Below are positions 1 to 12,872 of a DNA stretch of 64,000 nucleotides, piece by piece (the stretch's first letter is position 1; every line of letters starts with the position of its first letter). The notes beneath the pieces are model-generated. The model made no database searches. It had not been told where the DNA came from and saw nothing but the letters and a program-made list of their open reading frames with translations. The position numbers and the translations under genes were made by a program. The DNA is taken from assembly GCA_951406725.2 (NCBI GenBank), contig OX597822.1, positions 58,962,001 through 59,026,000 of the forward strand. Direction: 5' to 3'. This DNA is from Octopus vulgaris. Taxonomy: Eukaryota.

Positions 1-274
1 CTCCAGCATGGCCATAGTCAAATGACTGAAACAAGTAAAAGAGTAAAAGAATAAATAGGGAGGGGGGGGAGAGGGGAAGAGAGAGGGGGAGGTGACATGG
101 TAACGAATTGGCAGAGATGTGAGGGAGCCGAATAGAAAACCAAGGCATTCCTTAAATACTACTGAAGTGAATTTCTTTCAATTTTCCAGGATCGTTAAAT
201 AAAACTACTTTACTGAGGTATATTCTTTCCTCTTTGTCTGTGGAGGAAACCAGCTGAGGTCTGATCAGCCACAG

Positions 275-292
275 ACTGACAGACAGACAGAC

Positions 293-371
<79 letters not shown>
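275..371. repeat. (GACA)n-(GATA)n microsatellite
   Basis: Tetranucleotide tandem run seen directly. Confidence 0.95.
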
Positions 372-437
372 ACACACAATAAGCTTCGATAGATAAATAT
401 AATTCTTGTGGAGAAAATGATGGTAAAAAGAGGAGAG

Positions 438-805
438 GGCGCAGGAGTGGCTGTGTGGTAAGTAGCTTGCTAACCAACCACACGGTTGCGGGTTCAGTCC
501 CACTGCGTGGCATCTTGGGCAAGTGTCTTCTGCTATAGCCCCGGGCCGACCAATGCCTTGTGAGTGGATTTGGTAGACGGAAACTGAAAGAAGCCTGTCG
601 TATATATGTATATATATGTATATGTGTGTGTGTTTGTGTGTCTGTGTTTGTCCCCCTAGCATTGCTTGACAACCGATGCTGGTGTGTTTAGGTCCCCGTC
701 ACTTAGCGGGTCGGCAAAAAGAGACCGATAGAATAAGTACTAAAAGGTGGTGCTCCAGCATGGCCGCAGTCAAATGACTGAAACAAGTAAAAGAGTAAAA
801 GAGAG
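438..805 (+). mobile_element. tRNA-headed SINE, family A (octopus-type)
   Basis: GGCGCAGGAGTGGCTGTGTGGTAAG head with A/B-box-like motifs (GGGTTCAGTCCC), CTTGGGCAAGTGTCTT core, internal (TA)/(TG) tract and (GTAAAAGA)n tail; many near-identical copies in the window. Confidence 0.85.
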
Positions 806-1047
806 AGAGAGAGAGAGGGAGAAGGGAGGGAGAGGTGGTGGTGGCAGAAGAGCAGGGACTATGGGTAATCATAGTGTTAATAGTAATGACGAAGTGGTGT
901 GGAATCTGTAAGGCTTCTTTTTTCTTTTACGAGAAATGAGCTCACACTAGTTGTCCACTCCTACAATTTCTCTTTCTCGCACTTCTATTACATCGATTTT
1001 ATTTTGTTATCAATGGATGGCGAGTGAAAGACGGTTGGGATGGTGGT

Positions 1048-1237
1048 TGTTCAAATTCCGCCGAGGTCGACTTTGCCTTTCATCCTTTCGGGGTCGATAA
1101 ATTAAGTACCAGTTGTGCACTGGGGGTCGATAAATTAAGTACCAGTTGTGCACTGGGGGTCGATGTAATCGACTTAATCCATTTGTCCTTGTTTGTCCCC
1201 TCTGTGTTTAGCCCCTTGTGGGTAGTAAAGAAATAGG
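1048..1237 (+). mobile_element. SINE family B, 5'-truncated, with internal ~35-bp duplication
   Basis: GTTCAAATTCCGCCGAGGTCGACTTTGCCTTTCATCC body shared with more than 10 copies; GGGGTCGATAAATTAAGTACCAGTTGTGCACTG occurs twice. Confidence 0.85.
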
Positions 1238-1285
1238 TTGTGAAGGGTATTGTAATGATAGTGATGACTGTGTATAAATGAACTG

Positions 1286-1707
1286 AGATCTTTTCGGTTT
1301 GAACGGCAGTTTTTTCTAGCGGTGTCATATGAAATTGTCACCCATAATTATGACCCTAGTATCGATCTATTGCATTTCAATCTGTTTTAAGGCTAGGGTT
1401 AGGGGTGGGGGGAAGGGTATCTTTTTTTCTTCACAAATGTAAATAAACCCAATCAGTTTCTTAAACGAGGGACATATTCATACGGCACAGAATGTTGTTT
1501 TTTTTACCTCAATAGACGTATTTGATTGGTTGAAATTGCAGAAATTGAAGAAAAAACCCCCCAAATATCTTACAAACTATAGAATTTTCTTAATAAAGCC
1601 AAGAGAAAAAGATGTTTTATAAACACATTCTACCAGTATACGAAGTTTAAAATTTTTTAGTTACCTAGAAATTATGTTAAAAACTACCGTTTAAACCGAA
1701 AAGATCC
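1286..1707. mobile_element. MITE (hAT-like) with ~28-bp TIRs
   Basis: GATCTTTTCGGTTTGAACGGCAGTTTT ... AAAACTACCGTTTAAACCGAAAAGATC; flanked by ATGAACT(G/A), consistent with a 7-8 bp TSD. Confidence 0.8.
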
Positions 1708-2359
1708 ATGAACTAGAAAAGATCCCCAGCACTAGAGGTGGTGTTTTTATTTTCGATCTCGGGACGATGAAAGGTCAAGTTGACTTTAACAAGATTCGAA
1801 CTCATGACACGTAGAGACCTTTCTCATTTAGGTACAAGGCCAGTCATTTTGAGACGAGGCCGGTTAGTCTACTCTATTGATACCTGAACTTGACTGTAAC
1901 TTTATTTCATCGACCACAAAAAGATGAAAAGCAATTCTACATGTTCGTTGCATTTAACTCAATGATAATAATCATTTTTCTAATTTGGGTACAAAGCCAG
2001 CTGTTTCGAGAGGACTACATTGACCCCTGTACTTGACTGGTACTTTTATGGATCCTGAAAGGATGAAAAGCAATGTCAACCTCAGCAGAATTTGAACTCG
2101 GAACGCAGAGTCGGAAGAAATACCGTAAATAACAATGACGGTTGGACTTAGTAAGATGGCGAGATGGAGTGATATTAGATCGGTGGTTCTTAACCTTGGT
2201 GGTAGCACTCCTTTAACAGTCTTCTGAGTTTACAGTAGCTTACAAGAGGGCATCGGGTGTTTAGAGAGTAATTTTTCTTATAAATAAAATATTTAGATCA
2301 GTTTCGATATCTCTATTTTAGATAATAAATTTTAGAGCGAGTTATAAACAGTAGCTGCA

Positions 2360-2551
2360 ACACATCGTGACATATATTTGCCATTTAAATATGGCTAACT
2401 CCTAAGGGTGGATGCTACTGTAGTTTGTAGCCCCAGGAGGACACCTCCTCAAAACCAGCTGGAGGAGGTGTCCTCTTGGGGCTACAAACTACAGTAGCAT
2501 CCACCCTTAGGGGTTAGCCATATTTAAATGGCAAATATACGTCACGGTGTA
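2360..2551. repeat. Near-perfect inverted repeat, ~90-bp arms
   Basis: ATATTTGCCATTTAAATATGGCTAAC...GGACACCTCCTC is mirrored by GAGGAGGTGTCC...GTTAGCCATATTTAAATGGCAAATAT across a ~12-bp spacer. Confidence 0.9.
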
Positions 2552-4865
2552 TTTTAGATGCATTTTCTAAAAAGTCTTGTTAGGATTAAGTTATGAATAG
2601 GACATTGCGGCATTGTACAGTTCAGTGTACAGTCTAATCCTTAACCCTAACCCTAACTCTAACCTTAAACCGTAACCCTAAACTCTAACCCAGATCAGAT
2701 CATTTCACAGTGCAGACTACGGATACTGCGGTAAAGGGTACGCTAATGTAACACCATTCGCCTTCTTAAGTAATTTCCATGACATTTTAACATAAAAACA
2801 GTCATTCATGCGAATATCTGAAGTGTGACATATGATGTTTAGTCAAGAAGAAGAAAATATGGATAACAAACAACTGCGCAAAGCAAAGTCACAGGCATGG
2901 AAGCATTTTCCTTCTGACGGCATTTCAGAGATGCACGCAGAACAGCGAAATCGTCTGCACAAATTCATTCCGTGCCCAGGTATCGCTGATATGACGACCA
3001 CTCTAAATATAAGTCAGGGAAAAACAGTTAGAGAGAGCTCTTGCTCTTGGTATTCAGGGTGATCTTAGATATACGGCGTTTCTTGATTGGTTCTAGAAGA
3101 TGGTCCTCCTGTACTGAGAGAACCTGTAACATCATCTTTCATTATCCGTATACCATATGTACTTGTATTTCATGTTTTTTCTCTCTATCTTTCTGTATAA
3201 ATCTCTATATTTTATGTACATCATTGTGATTACTCCCTTCCCCATTCGCCCAGGGACAAATAAACAAAAGTAAAAAAAATCACCACTAGCAAATGTTGAC
3301 TTTGCCTTTCATCGTTTCGAGGTCGATAAACTAAGTACCAATGAAACACTGGGGTCGATGAAATCGACTTACCCCTTCCCCAAAATTTCAGGCCTTGTGC
3401 CTTTACTTGAGACCCCCTTCAGTCACGACACTGAACGTGGGATTGTACCTAGAAAGTTACCCTCCCAGGCACAAGTCCGGGCAAGGTTGTTTATGGAAGA
3501 TCAGCAATAGCCCATGCATAGCGGCCTCCCCTCTCCACGCCACCAGTGTTATCCAAGGGAAAGGCAACAGCGGATACAGCTTGGTACCTGTGACGTCACA
3601 ACTCATTTCTACAGCTGAGTGAACTGGAGCAACGTGAAATAAAGTGTTTTGCTCAAGAACACAACACGCAGCCCGGTCCAGGATTCGAACTTACAACCTC
3701 ACGATTGTGCCTTTAGTAGAAAGGAGTATTATTACTGACGTCATCAGGATGACGAACTAGTTGAATCGTTAGCACGCCGGGCAAAATTCCCAGCGGCTTT
3801 TCACCTGCCATTACGTTCTGAGTTCAAATTCCACCGAGGTCGACTTTGCCTTTCATCCTTTCGGGGTCGATAAAGTAAGTACCGGTCGAACACTGGGGTC
3901 GAATCGACTAGTCCCCTTCCCTGAAATTTCAGGCTTTGTGCCTAGAGTAGTAAGGATAGTTAGAGTAGAAAGGATTGTTATTATTATTCTAAACAAGAAA
4001 AGAGGGACTTGTGTGTAAAAAACATCATTCGGTGAAATTGGGCGCCGAGCAACCCCACCTCTGCCCCGCAAAAAATAAAAAACAGCAAAAAAAACAACGA
4101 ATCCCTGACTTGGATGATATTACAAAATAAACACAGATTCACTGAACATTCATAGTAGTGGAGTTATGGATGTGATAGTGGTGATGGTAGTGAGAGGTGG
4201 TGGTGAGTGATAGTAGGAGTAATTAAGGACGGTGAGGTATGTTGTAGTAGTGGTGATCGGGGTAGCAGTAGTGGCGATGGTGAAGATAAAGAGGCAATGA
4301 AAGTGGCGGTGGAGTTAGTGAAGGTGGTGGCGGTGACGGCGGAGTTAAACTTTACAAAAATATAAAAGGAAAACTGACACATGAAGAAGAATAGAAAAAA
4401 AACCAACAAAACTACCCGGGGTGCAAAACTAAAATAGAAAATTCTTGAAGAATGAGTGGAAAGTGTGGTGAAACCTGTTGGTAATGGGTGTTGGGTATAT
4501 ATGATAGGGATGGATTAGTGTATTTAGCGAGAGACACAAAGAGAAGAGTTTAGAATTTAGGGTGGTTGGGGTTTGTGTGAGTTAATGGGTAGATCAACAT
4601 AGGGTGGGCGTAGCGCGGTTAGTAGACAAAGATATTGGTGCTGGTGGCGGTTATAGTGGCGGCGGCGGCAGCAGCAGCAGCAGTAGCAGTAGTAGTAGTA
4701 GTGGTAGAGATGAAAGTTGTATTATTTTGGTCTCATGTTATTAGTGCCTAACCTCCGTGCTGGACATCCTCAGGTGTTGGTTGAACGGAAATTAAGTTCA
4801 CAGGCAACAATGATGAAGATGAAGCGATAAGGTCAAGGACTGGAGAGAGAGAACACTGTATCAAA

Positions 4866-5412
4866 CTAAACTTGACTAAGGCTGTGAATAACACCTACAT
4901 TGTTAGATATAGGAGCTAAGGTGTTCTAATGCTGTTACAAAATATATAACATACTCTGATAGGGGCTGCAATCGCCCCGAACACTGAACCGAGAATTCCT
5001 TAGACTAACCGGCTAGTTTCGGCTATTTCTGTGGCCATCTTCAGTAAAGCCAGCTCGTTCCATTGATTCTGGGTTAGCGCGCCTCTCAGAGTATATATAT
5101 TCATCATAAAAAAATCTATGGATGATTTAGCAGATCGCTTATGTGTATACAGCTATCTGTAATATTATACCGCAATGGAAAATTATAGTCGTCAGCTAAA
5201 CCTGACTGAAGATGTGACTAACACCTACATTGTTATAAACAGGAGCTAAAATGCTCCAATGCTGTTACAAAGCTCATATACTATGATAGTGGTTGTAATC
5301 GCCCCGAACACCGAACACCTATTACAGTATATGTTATCGGCTTTGTAACAGCATTAGGGCACTTTAGCTCCTACTTTTAGCAACGTAGGTGTTATTCACA
5401 CCCATAGTCAAC
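4866..5412 (-). mobile_element. Hammerhead-containing partial tandem element (Penelope pLTR-like or retrozyme-like) with inverted tail
   Basis: Direct repeats 4866-4989 and 5196-5316 (period ~330 bp), an inverted copy at 5317-5412, and a hammerhead motif between the direct repeats. Confidence 0.65.
4998..5049 (-). ncRNA. Type I hammerhead ribozyme motif
   Basis: Minus strand: CUUUA-CUGAAGA-u-GGC(cacagaaaua)GCC-GAAA-CUAGccggUUAG-UC-UAAGG. Conserved core intact, stems I-III pair, GUC cleavage triplet. Confidence 0.75.
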
Positions 5413-5611
5413 TGTTTAAGGGTGTGAAACTATAATGACTTTCCAGAAACCGACTGATGAGGAAATCTGCAGCGAACGGTCCGTGTATGTTGTTTCTGTC
5501 CTGTTTGCCGTTTGTTATGTTATCGTCTATGTCATCGCTTATGTTATGTTATCGTCTATTTTTCCGCACGTTATGTTTTGTTCGATTCCGCTAGTTATGT
5601 TCTTCTTTTGT

Positions 5612-5855
5612 GGAGGCGCGTGGCTTAGTGGTTAGGGTGTCAGCATCATGATCGTAAAATTGTGGTTACGATTCCTGGACCGGGCGACACGTTGTGTTCT
5701 TGAGCAAAACACTTCATTTCACGTTGCTCCAGTCCACTCAGCTGGCAAAAATGAGTAACGCTGCGATGGACCGGCGTCCCGTCCAGCTGGGGAACACATA
5801 CGTCACAGAAACCGGGCCCATGAGCCTGGCTAGGCTTTAAAAGGGCGCATTTATT
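5612..5855 (+). mobile_element. tRNA-derived SINE, family C
   Basis: GGAGGCGCGTGGCTTAGTGGTTAGGG...GGTTACGATTCC head; TTGAGCAAAACACTT core; related copies at 44885, 51563 and 52874. Confidence 0.75.
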
Positions 5856-6083
5856 TGTTATTTATTGTCCTACCTTTGATATATGCATACGTTTATGTAT
5901 TTGTTTTGCAAGATTCTCGACGTGAAATCAAGTGTTGATTTCACGTCGAGAATCTTGTAAAACAAATACATAAACGTATGTATGTATGTGTCAAAGGTAG
6001 GACAATAAATAACAAATAAATGCGCCCTTTTAAAGCCTAGCCAGGCTCATGGGCCTGGTTTCTATGACGTATGTGTTCCCCAG
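5787..6083. repeat. Fold-back inverted duplication, ~145-bp arms, 3-nt loop
   Basis: ...CTCGACGTGAAATCAA gtg TTGATTTCACGTCGAG...; the arms include the 3' end of the SINE at 5612-5855. Confidence 0.9.
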
Positions 6084-6104
6084 AAACAGATATTGTTATG
6101 CTTG

Positions 6105-6455
6105 GATATCGTCATATTTTGTTCGTTAAACACACGCACTACATAGTTGGTCTTCGCTTCAGCTTTATTATTATTTTAGTTTCTTTGTCAAAGCACTTTC
6201 GTCACATATCCTGGGGTCTCTTCAACAAGTCTCTGTCCTACATGTCTCCTCTTGTTTTGCTCATTCCATTTTGTTCTTCTCTTGAAGACAAAATAGGATA
6301 AACAGAAGAGGAGACACGAGGGATAGAAAGTCGTTGATGGAGATCACAGTATGTGTGTCGAAAGAGCTTTGACAAAGAAACTAAGATAACAATAATAAAG
6401 CTGAAGTGAAGACCAAATATACAGAGCGTGTTTAATTGGTAAAATATGACCATCT
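6105..6455. mobile_element. Old palindromic MITE-like element
   Basis: Degenerate ~170-bp inverted arms (TTGGTCTTCGCTTCAGCTTTATT...TTTCTTTGTCAAAGC vs GCTTTGACAAAGAAA...AATAAAGCTGAAGTGAAGACCAA). Confidence 0.65.
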
Positions 6456-8012
6456 CCAAGTATAACTATATATAGGCGCAGGTGTGGCTGTGTGGTAAAT
6501 AGCTTGCTTACCAACCACGTTGTTCCGTGTTCAGTCTCACTGTGTGGCAACTTGGCAAGTGTCTTCTACTATAGCCTCGGGCCGACCAAACACTTGTGAG
6601 TGGATTTGGTAGACACACACAAACAAACATTTACATACAGCTGTATGATTAAACGATCGGCTCTCAAACACATGATTTCGAGTTCAGTCCAACTGCTCGG
6701 TACCTTGAGCAAATTCCTTATCCTCTAACTCCAGACCGACCAATACCTTGCGAAGGAACTTGGAAGCCCTGGAAACCAGCCGTTTATGTGTATGTATGTG
6801 CGAACGCACACGAGCGAATATTTATATTTTGCGGTGACGTCAATGTTTGTGGGCGAGTTAGAACCGGTGATGTTTGTTGACATTCCTTATTAAGATATCA
6901 TCAAGTGTCCCCGTGCTTCCGAATTGCTCTGGAATTAAAATGCTTGAAAAACAGATGTTGGCAACAGGAAAGGCATCTGGCCATAAAAATTCTGCCTCAA
7001 ATACTTCTCCGTCTAACTCATCTTGGCATGGGAAAAACAAGTTTTAAACGAATACACGCACACATGTAATAAGTTTACACAAGAATGAAAATGAAAAGCG
7101 CACCTAACTAACATCCGTCATGCTAATAGTTTGAACCAGATTTACGTTGATTAAAGTTTCACAGACGTAGAATGCATATCTGAGACTTCCGCTGTAGTAA
7201 AATTGAATGACGAGGCGGGAAAGCCTCTAAATAAAGCTAATTGTCATTGGATGATTAGTGAGGCTCACTTGTACAGGCTTAATTCGAGCTTCGTGGCGGG
7301 ATGCTGTTTGACGGGAGGTGGTTTTAACGCAATAGATGGTGGTCTACCGTCATTTGTGGGAAATTAGTGAAATTTATGGAATACCATGAAAAACTTCTGG
7401 CTTACAGAGATCACTGTTGGTGGCAGCAGTATGAAAGTTCAGTCTTTCTGTTAAGAGATACAGCGGACTGCTGCAATATGTGTAGTTTCTCGAAGATGCA
7501 GATATAAATGTTGTGTGTTCGGATTAGTAAAGAGTGTATTGTCAAATCTATTTCGGGTTATTCTGGACAGGCCATTTTCTTGGTTCCGAAATCTCCAATT
7601 AAAGCAAGACAAGAAGATGGAGATTCCCCTGTCCTGGATATGAATAAATACATGTGCTGAATGAAACTTCATTGACTGTAAGTCCTGGATCATTCATCTA
7701 GGTAATGTCAACTGGAGTAAGAGTCACCCTATAGACAACTGCTTTGGAAAAGAATTCTCTCTACGGATAGCGGATCGATTTCTGCAGTTGTAGGTAGGTG
7801 CAGGAGAAATGATTGTGTGGGGATAAGCTTTTTTCTGTTGCAGTGAGATGCTGAAAATGATAGTATCTAGGTAAGAGCAACTAGTCTTAACACTGTGCAC
7901 ATAAAGTTTGCTTATTCATATAGGCCTAGAAAGTGTTACTTAATGAAAAAATGAGTTAGGATATTTTCCTTTTCCTAACTCTCTTTAGAGCTGGGAGTGG
8001 AGAAACGTCTAT

Positions 8013-8243
8013 CTACAAATATTTCACTCTAAAGCCATTCGTCGCCAACGATTTTGAAGAAAAATGGGAGAATCTTCTACTGAAGCCAGTTACAATGTTT
8101 CTAATTATAGTTTCGGAGAGATGATTAGAATTCTTAAGAATGTATACATCCTCTCCATGGGGTTTTTCATTGAGGTAATATTCGCTTGTTTTTATGCCGA
8201 TATTTCCGTTCATCAATGAAGTCAATAACAAAGCAACTAGCAC
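8013..8243 (-). mobile_element. Degenerate Penelope-like element RT (C-terminal/thumb) remnant
   Basis: EYYLNEKPHGEDVYILKNSNHLSETIIRNIVTGFSRRFSHFSS resembles the PLE motif Y-x-KP-N-x-P-x-YI-x-K-x-SNHP-x-IIK-x-I-x-RRLS-x-LSS (recognised by eye). Confidence 0.55.
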
Positions 8244-8502
8244 CCGTATATTTGATTAGAAAGCCATGAAGGTTTAGAGACCCAAAAGTCAGTTATTTTT
8301 CTCAGTCGACTCTGTCCATCACACTCGGAGATCCTGAAATGGTTGTGTTTAGCAACTATTCCTCTGATTAAACCGCTTCTCTTTCTTTCTCTTCACACAC
8401 ACACATACACATCAGTAGTCTGTATATCAATATGTGTATATATATAAATATATGTATCTCTCTCCTGCTGTGTGTGTATATATATATATATATGTGCATG
8501 TG

Positions 8503-8645
<143 letters not shown>

Positions 8646-8871
8646 ACTACAGGAAACGAACTGATGAGTGTCTGTGCCGGCAGCATTTAATCCAATCACT
8701 TCGCAGAATATCAATTAATTCAACTGCAAATGAATGGTAGAAAGTTTAACGTTTCGAGCGAAACAACACCTCTATCATTCTCTATTCTCAGTTGAATGGC
8801 AATTTCTTGAAACATTAGACTTTCTACTTCTCATTATATCTAATTGTACCTACCGACATTCTATTGGCCCG

Positions 8872-8912
<41 letters not shown>

Positions 8913-9522
8913 ATCGCAGAAAAGGCACAATTCAAAGAGAGATGTGTAAATTACCCAAGGGTGCGCCAGTGTTACACTATTTCTATTTATCTCTCATTCT
9001 ACATCTTGTTGTTTATAAATGCAGGATAAAGTCTGAGGAACATATGGTAGTTATTTTACAACACGTTGTTTCTAGTTCATCTCATTATATAATTGTATAA
9101 TACCCGGTACACCCGCTTCCTAGCCACCGTACATCATCACCGTTCACTTACTTTAATTCCACTATAAACACAATGTATACACACATGCATACACACAGAT
9201 GCATTATAAGCATATACAATTATAATACATTTATAATCATATATATATATATATATAAACACAAACACATTTTCTGAATTACCCGGACGTTTTTGAACCA
9301 TGAGTCTGAATGTGTGTGTTTCTATGTGTGTAATGTAAACAAATGCTAATTCTTAGTGGAACTCCTTTTAAAAAAAGCGTGAGATATTGTTACTATAACA
9401 TAATTAAGAGATTCAGCCAAAATGGTAAAAGAGTATTTGAACATTCCACTTTGCATTTTACTCCCCCCTCTCTCTCTCTCAAGCTATTTCTCTCTGTCCC
9501 TGTATCTCTTTTTTCTCTCTCA

Positions 9523-9920
9523 GGCGCAGGCGTGGCTGTGTGGTAAGAAGCTTGCTTACCAACCACAAGGTTCCGGGTTCAGTCCCACTGCGTGACACCT
9601 TGAGCAAGTGTCTTCTTCTATAGCCTTGGGCCGACCAAAGCCTTGTGAGTGACGGAAACTGAAAGAAGCCTGTCGTATATATGTATATATATATATATAA
9701 ATGTATGTTTGTGTGTCTGTGTTTGTCCTCCCACAGCGCTTGACAACCAATGCTGGTGTGTTTACATCCCCATCAATTAGCGGTTCGGCAAAAAGAGATC
9801 GATAGAATAAGTATTAGGCTTACAAAAAATAAGTCCTGGGGTCGATTTGATCGATTAAAGGCGGCGCTGCAGCATGGCCGCAGTCAAATGACTGAAACAA
9901 GTAAAAGAATAAAAGAAAAT
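9523..9920 (+). mobile_element. SINE family A
   Basis: Same head, body and tail as 438-805. Confidence 0.85.
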
Positions 9921-10284
9921 ACCCGTAGGTGTAGGTGTGTGGTGTGCATGTGTGAGTGAGTGTGGGTGTGTTTCTATCTCGACCAATTAACAAGTGAAAA
10001 ATTCAATTTCTATTAGAGAAGGGCAAAAAAATGATAGTGAAACAGAGGGGAAAGAAGAGAGCAAGACAGAAAGAAAGAAAAAGAGAGAAAGAAAGACTGA
10101 TAGAGAGAAAGAAACGTAAAAACGAACTGTTTAATGGTTCAAATCAAAGTTTTAGCGAGAATTATTCTTTCAAAGAACCCCCTTCTTCCTCCTCTTTCCG
10201 TCTAAGTACGATAGGTGTACCACTGCGTACCACTGAACTAACTAACAAGCATAGTGGTAGTACTCTATCGGTAGAAATGGTAAT

Positions 10285-10637
10285 CCTTTCTATTATAGGC
10301 ACAAGGCCCGAAGCTTTGCGGGAGGGGACTAGTCGATTAGGATCTACACCAGAATTTCACTGGTACTTAATTAATCGACCCCGAAAGGATGGAAAGCAAA
10401 GTTCACCTCGGCAGAATTTGAAGACTGGCGAAATACCTATTTCTTCACTACCCACAAGGGGCTAAACACAGAGAGGACAAACAAGGACAGACAAACGGAT
10501 TAAGTCGATTATATCGACCCCGAAAGGATGAAAGGCAAAGTCGACCTCGGCGGAATTTGAACTCAGAACGTAGCGGCAGACGAAATACTGCTAAGCACAT
10601 CGCCCGGCGTGCTAACGTTTCTGCCAGCTTACCGCCT
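10285..10637 (-). mobile_element. SINE family B (full copy plus adjacent partial copy)
   Basis: Reverse complement of the family B consensus seen at 1048 and 31311. Confidence 0.8.
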
Positions 10638-10941
10638 TTCGGTAGAAATGGTAATATTGTAGTTATGATAGCGGTGGTGGTAGCGGTGCTAGTCATACAA
10701 TGCTGGTAGTTGTAATACGGTGGTTGCTGACAGGGATGGTTATATAGTACTTATATAGTGGGTAGAAGTGGGAGATATGATGCGCATGATGATGGTAGTA
10801 GTAATAAGGTAGGTGGTTAAAATAGCGGTAATATAGTGTAGGGATGGGGGAATAATAAAGTGGCTGTGGTGATGGTTGTGTTGTGGTAAGTGGTGAGGTT
10901 ATGATGATTGAAATGAATGACTTTCTGTTGGTGGGAGGAGG

Positions 10942-10999
<58 letters not shown>

Positions 11000-11059
11000 A
11001 GGTATGTGAATGAAAAAGAGATAGCATTAAATTGTAGCAACAGTATAAGAGAGACGTTT

Positions 11060-11068
11060 GTCAATATC

Positions 11069-11104
<36 letters not shown>

Positions 11105-11530
11105 AAAAGAGAGAAGAGTGTGGTTATATGTTCATGAGAAAGAGTAAAAGGGGGAAAACTTTCCAAATTTGATATGAAAGAGAAAGTGTGAGCGTGAGTA
11201 TTTGAGGATAACAGAGGAGTAGAGAGAGAGAGAGAGAAAGAGTGAGAGAGAGAGGGGAGGGAGAGAGAGAAAGAGAAAAGGAGGGAGAGAGAGAGAGAGG
11301 ATAGAAAAATTTGATATAAGAAAGGAAGAGAGAATGTGAATATGAGAGAAGGAAAGAGAAGTGTAGATAGAGAGCGAAAGATAGACAGAGAAAGAAAGCG
11401 AAGAACATGGTTATAAGAGAAAGAGAAGGCAGATAAGTTTGATATGAGAAAGAGAGAGAGGGGGGAGAAGAGAGAGAGGGGGGGAGAAAGAGAGAGGGAG
11501 AGAATGAGAGGAAATGAGGATGAAAGAAAC
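11060..11530. repeat. GA-rich low-complexity tract
   Basis: Purine-rich (GA)n mosaic; it produces the spurious 279-aa minus-strand ORF. Confidence 0.85.
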
Positions 11531-12174
11531 AAGGTGTAATGCTGTTATATTGTGGGAAGCTGAGCGGGAATGACAATACATACCAAAATATGTACTGAAT
11601 GTGACACAGAGAATCCGAGGAGAGTGGAAAGGGACGGCGGTGACGATGACAACTGTGGCCTGTGGCGGTAAAAACTGATGCAGGGAAGTTACTGAGTTTG
11701 GATAAATTAGTAAAGAGCGGGGGGAGGGAGAGTATAACGTCTCCAGACCGTCTCTTCAGATGTGTGCGTGTACGAATGTGTGTGTGTGTGTGTGTATGCG
11801 TGCGAGAGAGGGAGGGAGGACTGGAGAGAGAGAGAGAGAGAGAGAGAGTATTTCTTTATTCACCAAGAGGTTGAGAAAATGAGGGGGACAATACGGGGAC
11901 AGACAAAACAAACGAGAGAGAAAGAAGAAATGGTTTTTTTTCTCTCCCACCACAGACTTATCCAAATTCACGGATTAAAAGTGTTTTTAAGTAGTAACTC
12001 GCTTAGCAACCACATGGATTCGGGTTCAGTCCCGCTCCGCGGTACCTTGGACAAGTGCCTTCTAAGACTATATAATTCCGCCCCTACTAATGCTTTGTGA
12101 GTGAATTTGGTAGACGAGAACAGTATGGGGAAACCCATCAATATATATATGTGTGTGTGTGTGTGTGCGCGCGC

Positions 12175-12209
<35 letters not shown>

Positions 12210-12872
12210 TCTCGCACCGTTTGACAACTGGTGTTGCTTTGTTTACGTTCCTGAAACCGATAGAATAAGTACCCAGACTTTGGGGTCGATGTACTCGACT
12301 TAAACCCATCAAGATGGTGCTCCAGCATGGCCGTAAACCAATGACTGAAGCATGTACAAGGCATATACATATACACATACATTTACACCCGAATATAAGC
12401 ATACACGCGTGTGTATGTGTGTACGTGTGTATGTGTGTATGTACGATATTCATATATGTATATATATCAGAAATATGTGTGTGTATATGAGACATTTAGT
12501 ACAAGGGAGTTGTGTTCAATACCCTCACATATACCTCACACACACACGTATTTCATACGTACATCACATACTTGCAACACACATACATACACACATATGT
12601 ATGTATGTGTGGGCTTCTGTATTTGTGTTTGCTATCCCCCATCCCACCGCTTGACAACCGATGTTGGTTTGTTTACGTCCCCGTAACTAAGCATTTCGGC
12701 AAAAGAAACCGAAAAAGTAATTACAAAACTTGAAAAAAAAAAAAAAAATGTACTCGGATCGATTTATTCGATTAAACCTTTCAAGGCGGTGCTCCAGTAT
12801 GGCCGCTGTCCAGTGACTGAAACAAGCAAATGATAAACATATACGTCCGTCACACACACACACACACATACA

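Noticed and set aside
2832-3062. ORF with KSQAWKHF resembling a hAT BED finger, downstream of telomere-like (CCCTAA) repeats
   Set aside because: The Cys/His ligands are not recoverable; at most a decayed transposon remnant, and not a telomere.
11730-11762. Minus-strand CTGAAGA-GACGGTCTG-GAGACGTT hammerhead-like motif
   Set aside because: GAAA is replaced by GAGA and stem II is not convincing.
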